Origin: Thermoplasmata archaeon
Lineage (GTDB): Archaea > Thermoplasmatota > Thermoplasmata > Sysuiplasmatales > Sysuiplasmataceae
Direction: 5' to 3'
Length of the DNA stretch: 64,000 bases
NCBI GenBank assembly: GCA_021806165.1
Contig: JAJZXY010000004.1
Location: forward strand, 65,595 to 129,594
The notes under the pieces were generated by a model, which ran no database searches, had not been told where the DNA came from, and saw only the letters and a list, made by a program, of their open reading frames with translations. Below, one piece after another: positions 37,420 to 47,820 of the stretch (positions within the stretch are counted from its first letter, which is position 1; each line of letters starts with the position of its first letter). The translations under genes were made by a program, and so were the position numbers.

Positions 37420-38637
37420 TCAGGCGGCGAACATTGCAGCCATGACGCCGGCATCGCCCACCATATTCCTGATGATGGAATATTCGTTCGGCTGATGGGC
37501 CATTCCGTCCTCGGTGCTCCAGACAGCGGCCTGGAATCCACGGGCCCTTACTATGTTCGCGCAGGTGCCACCGCCTATGCCGACAAACCTGGGCTCAATT
37601 CCCCTCACCTTCCTGACGGCTTCCGCGACCTTCACGGAAATCACGCTGTCTCTCGATGTGGGCTTTGCGGCTATGCTCTTCCTGAACGCCTCTACCGTAA
37701 TGGTGGCTCCTGTCTGCCTTGAGAACACCTCGGCTATGCCGCGTATGTCGGCAAGGATTGCTGGAAGGCTGTAGGACGGAAGTATCCTGCAGTCAATGTA
37801 AAACTCGTCTGTACCAGGAATGGTGTTCACATTATCCACATTCGCCTGCTGTTTCGTCGGTTCAAAGGTTGAATAGGGCACGGGCTGGAAGAGGTCATCC
37901 CTCCTGCCGTATCTGGAATAGAGATAATCCCTTACGAACACCAGAAACCTCGAGGAGGCGACCTTGGCGTTTATTCCTGTGTTGGGGGTGCTGGCATGTG
38001 TCTGGGCGCCCTTGGTGCGCACCCTTGCCCACAGGGAGTGCTTTTCCGCAATCTCGATCTCGTCTCCTGTCCTGCTTCCGGCATCGGGAACCAGGAATTC
38101 GTCCCCCTTCGAGAACTTGTTTCTTGAGGCGACATACGTTATTCCCTTCGCGCTCCCGAGTTCCTCATCTGCGACAATAGCAAGCTTTACGGATGCGACC
38201 TCTCCGGACTCGAGTGCGGCCCGGGCTGCGAAAATGGATGCTATCAGCGACTGGCCGTTGTCCTCCGACCCGCGGCCGTATATCTTCCCTCCCTTCACAA
38301 CGGGCTTGAACGGATCTGTCTTCCAGAGGCCGCGATCGCCGGCAGGGACGGTATCCATGTGGGAAATAACCCAGAGTGCCTTGCCGCCGCTGCCTATTGT
38401 GGCAATAACGTTTGGCCTCCTGCCCTTCTTTGCCGCCCTGTCGGGTGCATCGCACCTTTCAATTGAAGTTATGCCGTTTTCCTTCAGCAGCGACTCCAGG
38501 AATTCCGCCCTGTCCCACTCGCCTTCTCCGCCAGACTCGGGACTTATGGCAGGAATTGAAATCATATCCCCAAGTGCTACTGTCATCTCCTTTTCGTATG
38601 ACTCCACGCTTGCCTTCAGCTTGCCGCCGCCGCTCAT
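37420..38637 (-). CDS. M20 family metallopeptidase (DapE/ArgE-like)
   Basis: SHMDTVP, GRGSEDNG, DEELGS, AHQPNE. Confidence 0.9.
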   Translation of the reverse strand: MSGGGKLKASVESYEKEMTVALGDMISIPAISPESGGEGEWDRAEFLESLLKENGITSIERCDAPDRAAKKGRRPNVIATIGSGGKALWVISHMDTVPAGDRGLWKTDPFKPVVKGGKIYGRGSEDNGQSLIASIFAARAALESGEVASVKLAIVADEELGSAKGITYVASRNKFSKGDEFLVPDAGSRTGDEIEIAEKHSLWARVRTKGAQTHASTPNTGINAKVASSRFLVFVRDYLYSRYGRRDDLFQPVPYSTFEPTKQQANVDNVNTIPGTDEFYIDCRILPSYSLPAILADIRGIAEVFSRQTGATITVEAFRKSIAAKPTSRDSVISVKVAEAVRKVRGIEPRFVGIGGGTCANIVRARGFQAAVWSTEDGMAHQPNEYSIIRNMVGDAGVMAAMFAA

Positions 38638-38702
38638 ACAAACAACATCTGCAGGATGTGTGAAGGGACAATAAGCTTTACTCTCCACACGGGGGGGGGC
38701 GG

Positions 38703-39197
38703 TCAGGTGATCCTGGGCGGTTTCTCGACTTCCACCCTCTCCACGGTCACCCCGAGCTCACGCATGAGTTCTATACCCATATGCTCCGGATAGTCCTCGC
38801 AGTAGACCACCCGCCTGATTCCCGCATTAACAATCATCTTCGCGCAGGTGTTGCAGGGCAGGATCGTGGAGTAAATTGTGGCATCAAGAGCACCAGGCCC
38901 CGCCTGTATTATCGCATTCTGCTCGGCATGGACGGCGGTGCATATTTCCATCTTTGTTCCAGAGGGAATCTGCAGTATGTCCCTGATGCAGCCTATCTCC
39001 TCACAATGGCGCATGCTGCGCGGATTCCCGTTGTAACCACTGCTTACAATGTGGTTCATGTCGTTCACTATGACAGCGCCTATCTGTCTTCCATTTCTGA
39101 TGCAGGTGCTTCTTTCAGAAATGACGTACGCCAGCTTCATGTAATAGATATCCCTGGGCGTCCTGTACTTCTTCTGTCCGGGATCTTGATCTGCCAT
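38703..39197 (-). CDS. dCMP deaminase family protein
   Basis: RSTC, GYNG, HAEQNA, PCNTC. Confidence 0.92.
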   Translation of the reverse strand: MADQDPGQKKYRTPRDIYYMKLAYVISERSTCIRNGRQIGAVIVNDMNHIVSSGYNGNPRSMRHCEEIGCIRDILQIPSGTKMEICTAVHAEQNAIIQAGPGALDATIYSTILPCNTCAKMIVNAGIRRVVYCEDYPEHMGIELMRELGVTVERVEVEKPPRIT

Positions 39198-39307
39198 TCG
39201 GATACGCTATCCGCGTGAATGTTAAATAACTTGCAGGCAGACCGGCGCTATCACCGCCGGCAGCCGGCAGGTGCAGTGTAATATACTGCAACCTGTTTTT
39301 TAGCCCG

Positions 39308-40159
39308 ATGAGTGGAGACGAGGTGAGTGTCTGGGAGTGGGTCAAGCCCGTTGCCGCAGCCCTTCTGGCTGTAGGCATCATACTCTCTGGCCTCTACCTC
39401 TATACCGGGAACTGGCCTCCAATGGTGGTTGTGGAGTCAGGGAGCATGCAGCATAGTTCCACATACGCATACCTCGGAGACCTGAACATAGGTGATGTAG
39501 TGATGGTGAAGAAGGTGACTTCGCCTTCCCAGGTACAGACATATGTTTCGGCCAGCGTGTCAGGTGTTTCCACTTATGGAGAGTTTGGCAACGTCATAAT
39601 CTACAGGCCATATGGCAGCTACAGCGTGACCCCCATAATACACAGGGCCATAGTATACCTGGAATACAATGCCTCTGGCGGAGGGTATGATGTGCCGTCC
39701 CTGGCCAATCTGCCGCAATCTGACTGGTATGTGATGGCCCCTTCCGGACATACCCACGGCCTGTACAACATCAGGTACGACATATACATACAGGATGTCG
39801 GATATCCGCATACCCCTGTCATCATTCCGGTCAGCACGTTCATCGGCACAGCACACTACAGCGGCTTCATAACAATGGGAGACCACAACCACGCGGCGTA
39901 CGGCATCAACTCCACCGACCAGTCTCTGGGCATCTTTCCACTTCCTGTCAAAATGTCATGGATAGACGGCATTGCGGTTGGAGATCTCCCCTACGTCGGG
40001 CTGATAAAACTCTTCTTCGACGGCGGCATCCCTGCGGGCACGCCCGCGAACAGCATCGACGCGCTGATAGCAATAGTCAGCGCTGTGGTTGCCGCCCCGG
40101 TCGGACTTGAACTGCTGTTCTGGTACATGGGCGAGAGAAAGGAGAGGAATGGTGGTTAG
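39308..40159 (+). CDS. Signal peptidase I (S26, Sec11-type)
   Basis: VVESGSM, GDVV, PIIHRA, ITMGDHN; N- and C-terminal TMs. Confidence 0.9.
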   Translation: MSGDEVSVWEWVKPVAAALLAVGIILSGLYLYTGNWPPMVVVESGSMQHSSTYAYLGDLNIGDVVMVKKVTSPSQVQTYVSASVSGVSTYGEFGNVIIYRPYGSYSVTPIIHRAIVYLEYNASGGGYDVPSLANLPQSDWYVMAPSGHTHGLYNIRYDIYIQDVGYPHTPVIIPVSTFIGTAHYSGFITMGDHNHAAYGINSTDQSLGIFPLPVKMSWIDGIAVGDLPYVGLIKLFFDGGIPAGTPANSIDALIAIVSAVVAAPVGLELLFWYMGERKERNGG

Positions 40160-40162
40160 CGC

Positions 40163-41428
40163 TCAGATGAGCGTAGTCTGGAATTTCGCCCTGGCATTCT
40201 TGTATGAGCTGAGGAGTTCGTCATCAACGAGAAGCTCCCTGGTCTCGTTCAGCGGCACCGAAAGCTCAATCTCCTTTGTTCTTCCGCCCCTTCCGAACGA
40301 CCTGACGCGGGCACGAACTATTCCAAGCATATCAAGTTCAGAAATCAGGTCTCCAATGCGCCTCTGCGTAAGGGGTTGGACGCCAATAGAATTGCACAGG
40401 TTCCTGTAGGTGCCGTATATGTCGCCTGTAGTCATGATACGCCTCTTCTCAGCATAGATTATCATGGAAAGCAGCAGCATCTTCGACTGGGACGGCAGTG
40501 TCTTCACTGTCTCTGTCACCGTGTCAAGCTCAATCTTGTTCTTTGCCTGCAGCACGTCCCCGGCAGAGACAATGCTTCTGCCTTCCCTTTCTGCTGACTC
40601 GGCGGCCACCCTGAGCAGTTCCAGTGCCCTTCTGGCATCCCCATGCTCCTGAGCTGCAAGTGCTGCACAAAGCGGAATGACGTCATCAGACAGAGCCCCC
40701 TGGGCAAATACCATGTCCGCCCTTATTTTCAGGATGTCAGAAAGTTCCTTTGCGTCATACGGTGAGAACACAATCCTCTCTTCACCAAGTCTGCTCTTCA
40801 CCCTTGCGTCAAGAAAGTCTGTGAACTTCAGGTCGTTGGCAATTCCAACCAGGGAGACCTTTGAGTTTACCAGATCATCGTTTATCCTCGAGAGATTGTA
40901 GAGCAGATCGTCTCCTGTCTTGTATACTAGCCTGTCAAGCTCATCCAGAACTACAATCAGGAGTCTCTTCTGCTTATCCACCATCTCCTTGAAGAGGGAG
41001 TATACACGCTCTATGCTCCACCCGTTGTATGGAGCACGTTCCTCAGGATTCTCGATGAACTTGTTTGCCATGTGCTGCAGGACACTGTAATTTGTATCCA
41101 CCTCGCAGCAATTGACGTATATGAAATCTATTCCTGACCCGGCAGAGTTGACGCGGGCAGCTTCGTTTGCGATGAACTTGACTGTAGCCGTCTTGCCCGT
41201 TCCCGTCTTTCCGAAGATGAGTACATTCGACGGCCTGTCACCCCTGAGGCCGGTAGAAACAATACCTGCCAGCTGATCTATTTCCCTCTCCCTGTGTGGA
41301 AGAATCTTCGGTATGTAAGATGGGCGGAGCATTTCCCTGTTGCTTTTGAATATGGTCTCCGAGGAAATGTACTTGTCAAAGACGTTCGCTCTTGCAACCG
41401 TCTCGTGGACAACCTTCTGCTCACTCAT
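40163..41428 (-). CDS. cdc6: Orc1/Cdc6 replication initiator
   Basis: LPHREREI, GKTGTGKT, VLDELD, GDARRAL, C-terminal wHTH with GRGGRT. Confidence 0.97.
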   Translation of the reverse strand: MSEQKVVHETVARANVFDKYISSETIFKSNREMLRPSYIPKILPHREREIDQLAGIVSTGLRGDRPSNVLIFGKTGTGKTATVKFIANEAARVNSAGSGIDFIYVNCCEVDTNYSVLQHMANKFIENPEERAPYNGWSIERVYSLFKEMVDKQKRLLIVVLDELDRLVYKTGDDLLYNLSRINDDLVNSKVSLVGIANDLKFTDFLDARVKSRLGEERIVFSPYDAKELSDILKIRADMVFAQGALSDDVIPLCAALAAQEHGDARRALELLRVAAESAEREGRSIVSAGDVLQAKNKIELDTVTETVKTLPSQSKMLLLSMIIYAEKRRIMTTGDIYGTYRNLCNSIGVQPLTQRRIGDLISELDMLGIVRARVRSFGRGGRTKEIELSVPLNETRELLVDDELLSSYKNARAKFQTTLI

Positions 41429-41549
41429 CCAAACTCAATGCTCCTGTGTAGAATTAGAGGGTAAAGGGAGGGTAGAAGCTGAGTAATACTAAAACGTTTT
41501 TTTTATCCATTAACGTGACTAATATTTTATCCCGCTGTGGTGGCAGCGA

Positions 41550-41770
41550 AGGGATTTCCTGTGAAACATTTTGAAACCCGCCGTCGGGAGAAATAGGTTA
41601 GAGAGTCCATTGTTTCCACTGGAGAAATAGTCGGGGTGTAATTTCCAGAACGCGGCGACTTCACTTCAAAACCGTGAAAACTGCTGGGAACATGACATGT
41701 TATTTTTTATCTTACTTATCATTTACAGTTCACCGGCAGTTGACTCTTTCCACAGGAAATGAAGGACTCT
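41550..41770. other. Probable replication origin (oriC): inverted ORB pair around an AT-rich element
   Basis: ORB-like CTCCAGTGGAAACAATGGACTCT (- strand, 41602-41624) and TTCCACAGGAAATGAAGGACTCT (+ strand, 41748-41770); mini-ORB TTTCACAGGAAAT (- strand, 41554-41566); AT-rich 41698-41726; directly upstream of cdc6. Confidence 0.8.
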
Positions 41771-42149
41771 ACATCTTGAACTGTCTCTTCTTCTCCAGCA
41801 CCTGCTCTTCATACTTTCGTGGCAGCACCCATGCCAGATATTCAATATCATCCAGACTCTTTACAAATTTCGCCTTGCTGTCTATCTTCAGGTATTTTCT
41901 GAGGGAGAATATCTTTCTCATGGAGTCGTACAACCACCAGCCGCCCGCCAGCAGAAGTAACGGTCCCAGGACAAGGTACCAGTAAATCCAGTTGCCTGAG
42001 CCGCTTATCGCGGGTTCAAATGCAAGCAACCAGTCCGGCAGCCTGGGCAGGAAGACACCTATAGATCCTATAAATGTCACCACAATGCCGGCGGCAAGCA
42101 TCACAGTTGATAGTTCAAACCTGTACTCTCTGGTGAAGGATTTGGCCAT
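41769..42149 (-). CDS. Small 2-TM archaeal membrane protein (DUF3198-like)
   Basis: 2 TMs then SKAKFVKSLDDIEYLAWVLP. Confidence 0.65.
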   Translation of the reverse strand: MAKSFTREYRFELSTVMLAAGIVVTFIGSIGVFLPRLPDWLLAFEPAISGSGNWIYWYLVLGPLLLLAGGWWLYDSMRKIFSLRKYLKIDSKAKFVKSLDDIEYLAWVLPRKYEEQVLEKKRQFKM

Positions 42150-42310
42150 TCTGACATCTCTTCCTTGTGTTCGGACCGTTTCTGGCGAGGAATATCAGCC
42201 TACTAGCTGCATAGTGTATATAAATGATTCACCGGATGATGAGCGTCAGCCAGCTGCATGCCTGCGTAACACAATATCACTTGCTGCTGCGCCCGAACGG
42301 AGATGAATCC

Positions 42311-43642
42311 ATGGCACTTTTCATCGGAGTTGATGACACGGATTCTGCAACAGGAATGTGCACCACTTACCTGCTTACAGAATTGATCAGGGAACTTGAT
42401 TTCCCCGTGCTGCTTGGTTTCCCGCGCCTGGTGAGACTGAATCCCAACATCCCATGGAAGACTCGTGGCAATGGAGCCCTTTCAATGGCCATAATAGGTG
42501 AGCGGTCAGATGCAGTCCCAATAGGGATGATCGGAGGCAGGCGTGTGATGTCTTCAGAAACCCCTTCCTCCGAGGCACCTTGCCAGGAGGAGGTACTGGA
42601 GGCAGCATCGCGCGTTGTTGAGCGGCTGGCCGCCTTCCATGACGCCAATACCAACCCGGCAGTGGTTGTAAGCAAACTCAGGCCAGACGGGCAGATCTAC
42701 TGGAAGGCGGTACGCGAATTGGTTAGCGATGATATGGCGCTTCATTTCCTTTCAGAGGCAGGGGGCATTTACAGGAAGTGGAAGAGCGGGCGCGGCATTA
42801 TCGGGGCCACCGCATCCATTTCATGGGTTCCGCGTGACAGGAGCTATGAGATTATAAGTTACAGGCAGAGGGAAAGGTGGGGCACCGCCAGAGAGGTCAA
42901 TGCAGCAGACAGTGCAAAGCTAAGCGCGCTCTTCCCTTCCACCTTCAGCAACTACGACCCTGTAAACAGGCACTCCTGCATAGCGCCCGCCTCACCATGC
43001 CCTGTGCTGTTCGGCATACGTGGCAACGATCCGTCCGTGCTGGAAAGCGCAATGGAATCTGTTGGGAGTGAACCGCGCGACAGGTGGCTTATTTTCGAGA
43101 CTAACCAGGGAACAGACGACCATATAACCACTCCCGATGGAGGTCTTGAGCTCTTCAAGTCCTATTTCATTCGAGGCACCGTGGCGGGCATGCCAAGAAC
43201 AACCGAGGGAGGGCATGTATTCCTTGAACTGACTACGAGCCACGGCGCTATCACCTGTGCGGCATTCGAGGAGACGAAGGAATTCAGGAACACAGTCAAA
43301 CAGCTGATACCAGGCGACATCATCGATGTCTGGGGCAGTATGAAACAGGGAAAGATCGGCATAACCTTCAACCTTGAGAAGATGGCAGTCAGGGCACTGG
43401 CCAAGAAGCTTGTCAAGGAGTCCAATCCCTCCTGCCCCGAGTGCGGAAGGCGCATGCATTCAGCCGGCAGCGGAGCCTGGTACAGGTGCAGAGCCTGTGG
43501 AACGCGTTCGACGGAATCGGTATTCAGGGAGGAGGAGCGGACAGTATCGCCCGGGCTCTATTCCGTAGCAGCCTCCTCCAGGAGGCATCTTTCGAGACCT
43601 CCTGAGAGGGAAGCGGTGTATGTGGCCGGCGGCAGCAGATGA
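42311..43642 (+). CDS. tiaS: tRNA(Ile2) agmatinylcytidine synthase
   Basis: IGVDDTDS, GMCTTY, RLNPNIPWKTRGN, TNQGTDDH, GGHV, CPEC...CRAC, RRHLSRP. Confidence 0.95.
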   Translation: MALFIGVDDTDSATGMCTTYLLTELIRELDFPVLLGFPRLVRLNPNIPWKTRGNGALSMAIIGERSDAVPIGMIGGRRVMSSETPSSEAPCQEEVLEAASRVVERLAAFHDANTNPAVVVSKLRPDGQIYWKAVRELVSDDMALHFLSEAGGIYRKWKSGRGIIGATASISWVPRDRSYEIISYRQRERWGTAREVNAADSAKLSALFPSTFSNYDPVNRHSCIAPASPCPVLFGIRGNDPSVLESAMESVGSEPRDRWLIFETNQGTDDHITTPDGGLELFKSYFIRGTVAGMPRTTEGGHVFLELTTSHGAITCAAFEETKEFRNTVKQLIPGDIIDVWGSMKQGKIGITFNLEKMAVRALAKKLVKESNPSCPECGRRMHSAGSGAWYRCRACGTRSTESVFREEERTVSPGLYSVAASSRRHLSRPPEREAVYVAGGSR

Positions 43643-43663
43643 ACCGCTGCCCCTCTCCCTTCC

Positions 43664-44902
43664 ATGGAAATGCTATTAAAGGGGGATTGCCAGAGTCATG
43701 TCAGGTGGTCAACGACGCAGGAACCTAACCAAGCAGTCATCGTATCTGCCGCCAGAACTCCCATAGGCAAGTTCGGTGGCGCTTTCAGGGAGACATCCGC
43801 TGTCGAACTTGGCATTGCAGCAGTCAGAGCCGCCATTGAACGTGCGGGGATATCCCCGTCAGATGTTCAGGAGACAATCATTGGCAATGTCCTGTCTGCA
43901 GGTCTGGGGCAATCGCCTGCCAGGCAGTGTGCCATAGGGGCTGGCATACCCTACGCATCAGGTGCCTTTTCAGTCAACAAGGTATGTGGTTCGGGCCTGA
44001 AGGCCGTTATGCTGGCAGCAAACTCCGTCAGGCTGGGGGAGCATGATGTGGTGGTTGCGGGCGGCATCGAAAACATGAGCATGGCACCTTACCTCTCCAT
44101 TAAAACACGTTGGGGAAACAAATACGGCGATGTCCCGCTTGTGGACTCCATGATACACGACGGGCTCTGGGATTCCTATAACAAAATGCACATGATTATC
44201 ACGGGGGAGATCGTGGCAGAACGGTTCGGCATAACCAGGGAGGAAGCCGACAGGTTTGCCTACAGGAGCCACAAGAAAGCCTCTGATGCAACCAGCGAGG
44301 GCCTCTTCAGCGATGAGATAGTTCCAGTGGACGCAGGAGGAGGCAGGGAGAAGGTGGCAGTCTCCAGGGATGAGGGGCCAAGGCCTGACACCACCCTTGC
44401 AAAACTGGCAAGACTGGAGTCCCGGTTCAAGCAGGGGGGTATTTGCACCGCCGGAAACTCGTCACAGCTCAGCGACGGCGCCTCCGCGCTTGTCGTCATG
44501 TCTCTGAGCAGGGCTGAGAAGCTGGGAATAAAGCCAATGGCCCGGATAGTCGACTACAATACAGGAGGCACCAGGCCGGAGTGGGTCATGGAGGCACCGA
44601 TAGAAACAACGAGAGAGCTGCTTCGCCGCAACAGTCTTGATATGGGCGAAATTGACCTGGTGGAGCACAACGAAGCGTACGCAACAGCCTCTTCAGCTGT
44701 AATGCGGGAGCTGGGTGTAGCGGAGGACAGATTCAATGTGAACGGCGGGGCGGTTGCCCTAGGTCATCCACTTGGCGCCAGCGGTGCGCGCATCCTTACA
44801 ACACTCCTTTATGCCATGAAGAAGAGGGGAAAGAAGCGCGGCGTATCGACGCTCTGTCTAGGCGGCGGAAATGCGGTTTCCATGCTGGTGGAGATGTACT
44901 GA
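43664..44902 (+). CDS. Acetyl-CoA acetyltransferase (thiolase); exact start uncertain
   Basis: AARTPIG, VNKVCGSG, NEAY, GHPLGASG, CLGGG. Confidence 0.93.
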   Translation: MEMLLKGDCQSHVRWSTTQEPNQAVIVSAARTPIGKFGGAFRETSAVELGIAAVRAAIERAGISPSDVQETIIGNVLSAGLGQSPARQCAIGAGIPYASGAFSVNKVCGSGLKAVMLAANSVRLGEHDVVVAGGIENMSMAPYLSIKTRWGNKYGDVPLVDSMIHDGLWDSYNKMHMIITGEIVAERFGITREEADRFAYRSHKKASDATSEGLFSDEIVPVDAGGGREKVAVSRDEGPRPDTTLAKLARLESRFKQGGICTAGNSSQLSDGASALVVMSLSRAEKLGIKPMARIVDYNTGGTRPEWVMEAPIETTRELLRRNSLDMGEIDLVEHNEAYATASSAVMRELGVAEDRFNVNGGAVALGHPLGASGARILTTLLYAMKKRGKKRGVSTLCLGGGNAVSMLVEMY

Positions 44903-45744
44903 TGAAGAGAATGGGGGTTCTGGGTCTGGGGACAATGGGCAGCGGCATCGCTCAGGCAGCCGCCGAGTCTGGCTTTGAAGTAGTTGGTGTGGAGGTCAGC
45001 GGAGCCCTTCTGGAGAAGGGAAGGAAGAGGGTGGAGGCAGGTATTGAAAGGAGGGTGAATTCAGGCAGGATGGACAGCGACGGTGCGGCAGCCGTCCTCT
45101 CCAGGATAGTTTACTCCACGTCCACCTCTGACTTTTCAGACTGCGGAGTTGTGGTAGAGGCTGTATTCGAGGAGGAAAGTGTGAAGTCCGAAGCGCTGAA
45201 GAGCATCAGTGCGGCGGTCAGCGAGTCGGCTGTTGTAGCCAGCAATACATCATCCATCTCCATAACACGCCTCTCAGGCAGCGTGTCTCATCCAGAGAGA
45301 TTCATCGGCATGCACTTCTTCAACCCCGTCCCTGTGATGAAACTTCTGGAGGTGGTACGCGGATACCTCACCAGCGATGAGACTGCGAGCAAGGCCATGG
45401 AGACGGGCAGGAGGATGGGAAAGGAGGTTGTCAGCGTAGCCGACTACCCCGGATTTGTTTCCAACCGCGTGCTGATGCCTATGATCAACGAGGCGGCATT
45501 TGCCCTGATGGAGGGTGTCGCCTCGCGCGACGACATAGACAGGGTAATGAAGCTTGGAATGAACCATCCAATGGGTCCGCTGGAACTGGCTGATTTCATA
45601 GGAGTGGATGTCTGCCTGGACATACTCAAAGTGCTTTATGAGGGATTCAGGGATCCCAAGTACAGGCCATGCCCGCTCCTTGTGAATATGGTCAACGCCG
45701 GCAGGATCGGCAGGAAGTCAGGCGAAGGATTCTATACGTACTGA
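44902..45744 (+). CDS. hbd: 3-hydroxybutyryl-CoA dehydrogenase
   Basis: GLGTMGSGIA, SNTSSISI, GMHFFNP, HPMGPLELAD. Confidence 0.93.
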   Translation: MKRMGVLGLGTMGSGIAQAAAESGFEVVGVEVSGALLEKGRKRVEAGIERRVNSGRMDSDGAAAVLSRIVYSTSTSDFSDCGVVVEAVFEEESVKSEALKSISAAVSESAVVASNTSSISITRLSGSVSHPERFIGMHFFNPVPVMKLLEVVRGYLTSDETASKAMETGRRMGKEVVSVADYPGFVSNRVLMPMINEAAFALMEGVASRDDIDRVMKLGMNHPMGPLELADFIGVDVCLDILKVLYEGFRDPKYRPCPLLVNMVNAGRIGRKSGEGFYTY

Positions 45745-45756
45745 GGGCAGCTTGCA

Positions 45757-46992
45757 ATGAAGACAGAGCAGGCCCGCGTACTCGTCCTGACCTCTGTTTC
45801 ACATTTCGTGAATGACGGCCTGTCTGCAGTCCTCCCTCTCTTTTTTCCGCTGCTTACATTCCTTGTAACTTCGAGCATACTGTACGGTGCCATAGCCGCT
45901 GCATTCTATGCTCTTTCTTCCCTGTCATCGCCACTTGTTTCGGCCAGGGCATACAGAAGCGGCAATACCGGCAGGTGGATGGGATACGGTCTGATCATAC
46001 TGTCTCTTGGTACGATGGGAATGGGCGCCGCACTCATCCCGTCCGGAGTGCTCCCGTCAATTTCATATGAGCTGCTGCTGCTTTCCGCATCGGCAGCTGG
46101 TTTTGGCTCAAGCTTCTTCCACCCCATGGGCGCCAGCATAATACAGGATTCCTTCGACGAGGAGGTGCATGGAATGGCCCTGGGAATCAATGGCACCGCA
46201 GGCAGCCTGGGTAGGGCACTCTTCTCGGTAATCTCGACATCCATATTCTTCTACCTGGCCATCGCATATGGCCGCCACTACTCTGCGGTTCTGGGAATGC
46301 TTGTGATGGGCATTGCGGGCCTGGCAGTGGCCGCCGTGGTCCTGTCCTTTTTCGGGCAGACGGTCGTTGGCCGCTCTCCGGCATCCACTGGCAGGGGGAG
46401 GATTCCCTTTGGTCCAATCCTGAGGAAGATCTGGGTGCTGGTGGCCATAACGGTGGTCAGAAACATCTCCGGCACCGGGATTCTGATATTCCTGCCCACA
46501 TACCTCATTGGGAGAGGGTTCGCCTCATACGGAATTCAGCTTGGGATAATCATGACGCTCGTCCTCTCCGGTCCCGTAGTCGGGCAGCCTCTGTTTGGCA
46601 GGATGTCGGACCGCCTGGGAAGGAGGGCGAGCCTGTTCATAACTACCGCCGGTTCGGGGGTGTTCATGCTGGCATTTCTTTCAACATCTTCACTCTACCC
46701 CTACTCCCTTGCATTCCTTGTCCTCTTCGGAGCATTTGCATACAGCGGCTTCCCAATACTGCTTCCGATAGCCTTCAACCTGCTACAGCCGGAAGAGCGG
46801 GCTGCCGGCAATGGAGTCATCTGGGCGGCCATAGGCCTGGGCTCGGCCGCGGGACCCCTTGCCTCCGGGCTGCTTGCAGAACCAGCCTTCGCAGGAAGCT
46901 ATTCAACCGCATTCGCCATACTGTCCGCGTTAACCCTTGCAGCTTCCTCGGCTGCCTTTGCGGTAAGGGCCGAAGGTGCCAGGAGGCACTAA
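45757..46992 (+). CDS. MFS transporter (Fsr-like)
   Basis: SHFVND, FFHP, GRMSDRLGRR; 12 TMs. Confidence 0.88.
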   Translation: MKTEQARVLVLTSVSHFVNDGLSAVLPLFFPLLTFLVTSSILYGAIAAAFYALSSLSSPLVSARAYRSGNTGRWMGYGLIILSLGTMGMGAALIPSGVLPSISYELLLLSASAAGFGSSFFHPMGASIIQDSFDEEVHGMALGINGTAGSLGRALFSVISTSIFFYLAIAYGRHYSAVLGMLVMGIAGLAVAAVVLSFFGQTVVGRSPASTGRGRIPFGPILRKIWVLVAITVVRNISGTGILIFLPTYLIGRGFASYGIQLGIIMTLVLSGPVVGQPLFGRMSDRLGRRASLFITTAGSGVFMLAFLSTSSLYPYSLAFLVLFGAFAYSGFPILLPIAFNLLQPEERAAGNGVIWAAIGLGSAAGPLASGLLAEPAFAGSYSTAFAILSALTLAASSAAFAVRAEGARRH

Positions 46993-47015
46993 TCGTTATT
47001 GGCCGCCCTTTCACC

Positions 47016-47696
47016 TCACACGCCTATCTGTTCGGCAAGTATTCCTGCCATCTTCTTTTCTATCATTCTCACGTGATAGCTCAGAGTGCTCTTTGACATG
47101 CTCAGCTTCCTGCTGAGTTTCGTCAGCGATGTATGTCTCGGCCAGTCAAAAAATCCTCCGTCAGAGGCCGCCTTGAACAGCTCAATATCCTTCTCCGACA
47201 GGTTGCCTAGCAGCTTCAGCGCATGCAGTTCATAGAACACAGACGGGTATTCAAGAATGAATTCCTCCTGTGTGATGTTCTTGAGCGATACCACCTTGGT
47301 GAACCTGTCGTTGACCTGTTCGGCTGTCGGCCCGTCGGGGCTGTTGCTAATGAAAAACCATTTCTCTATCCCCTTGTGGACAACCACGGGATGTATCCTG
47401 AATCCTGCCGTGCCAAGCTTCAGGAACATGGATGTGGCCTTGGTCTCATAGAAGGCGGTGGCAATCCCGTTCTTCCTGGAAAGGAGCGTGAATTCACCCA
47501 CCCTCCTGTGGGACGAGAAGAATGAAAGTGCGCCATCCAGCTCTTCGGTGTCTGAGGAGTAGAAGATGGAGAACATCTTCTGCCTGTCCCCGCTGAGCTG
47601 GGTGTTCATTATCAGTATGTATGTATTGGAAAATCTCCTGCTGGTTTCCACATGGGGGCAGTCAGACTGCCGCACCGCTATCTCTGTCAGAACCAT
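47016..47696 (-). CDS. HTH-10 (bacterio-opsin activator-type) transcriptional regulator
   Basis: N-terminal DCP; C-terminal GFFDWPRHTSLTKLSRKLSMSKSTLSYHVRMIEKK. Confidence 0.85.
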   Translation of the reverse strand: MVLTEIAVRQSDCPHVETSRRFSNTYILIMNTQLSGDRQKMFSIFYSSDTEELDGALSFFSSHRRVGEFTLLSRKNGIATAFYETKATSMFLKLGTAGFRIHPVVVHKGIEKWFFISNSPDGPTAEQVNDRFTKVVSLKNITQEEFILEYPSVFYELHALKLLGNLSEKDIELFKAASDGGFFDWPRHTSLTKLSRKLSMSKSTLSYHVRMIEKKMAGILAEQIGV

Positions 47697-47733
47697 GACT
47701 TCCCAACTCAGCGAGAGGTATTAACTTTTTAGG

Positions 47734-47751
47734 TAAACTTGTACAGGTTCA
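47734..47751. promoter_or_regulatory. Imperfect palindrome TAAACTTGTACAGGTTCA between the regulator and the OFOR operon
   Basis: 7 of 9 positions pair around a TGTACA core in the divergent intergenic region. Confidence 0.4.
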
Positions 47752-47820
47752 AACCAATGTAGTTAGTGATGCTCAACCATCCTGGTCACGGGTGTTTGTC
47801 GCAATCAAGGGGAAATACCA

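Noticed and set aside
38691..38699. G9 homopolymer as a phase-variation site
   Set aside because: Intergenic, with no evidence of length variation or frameshift effect
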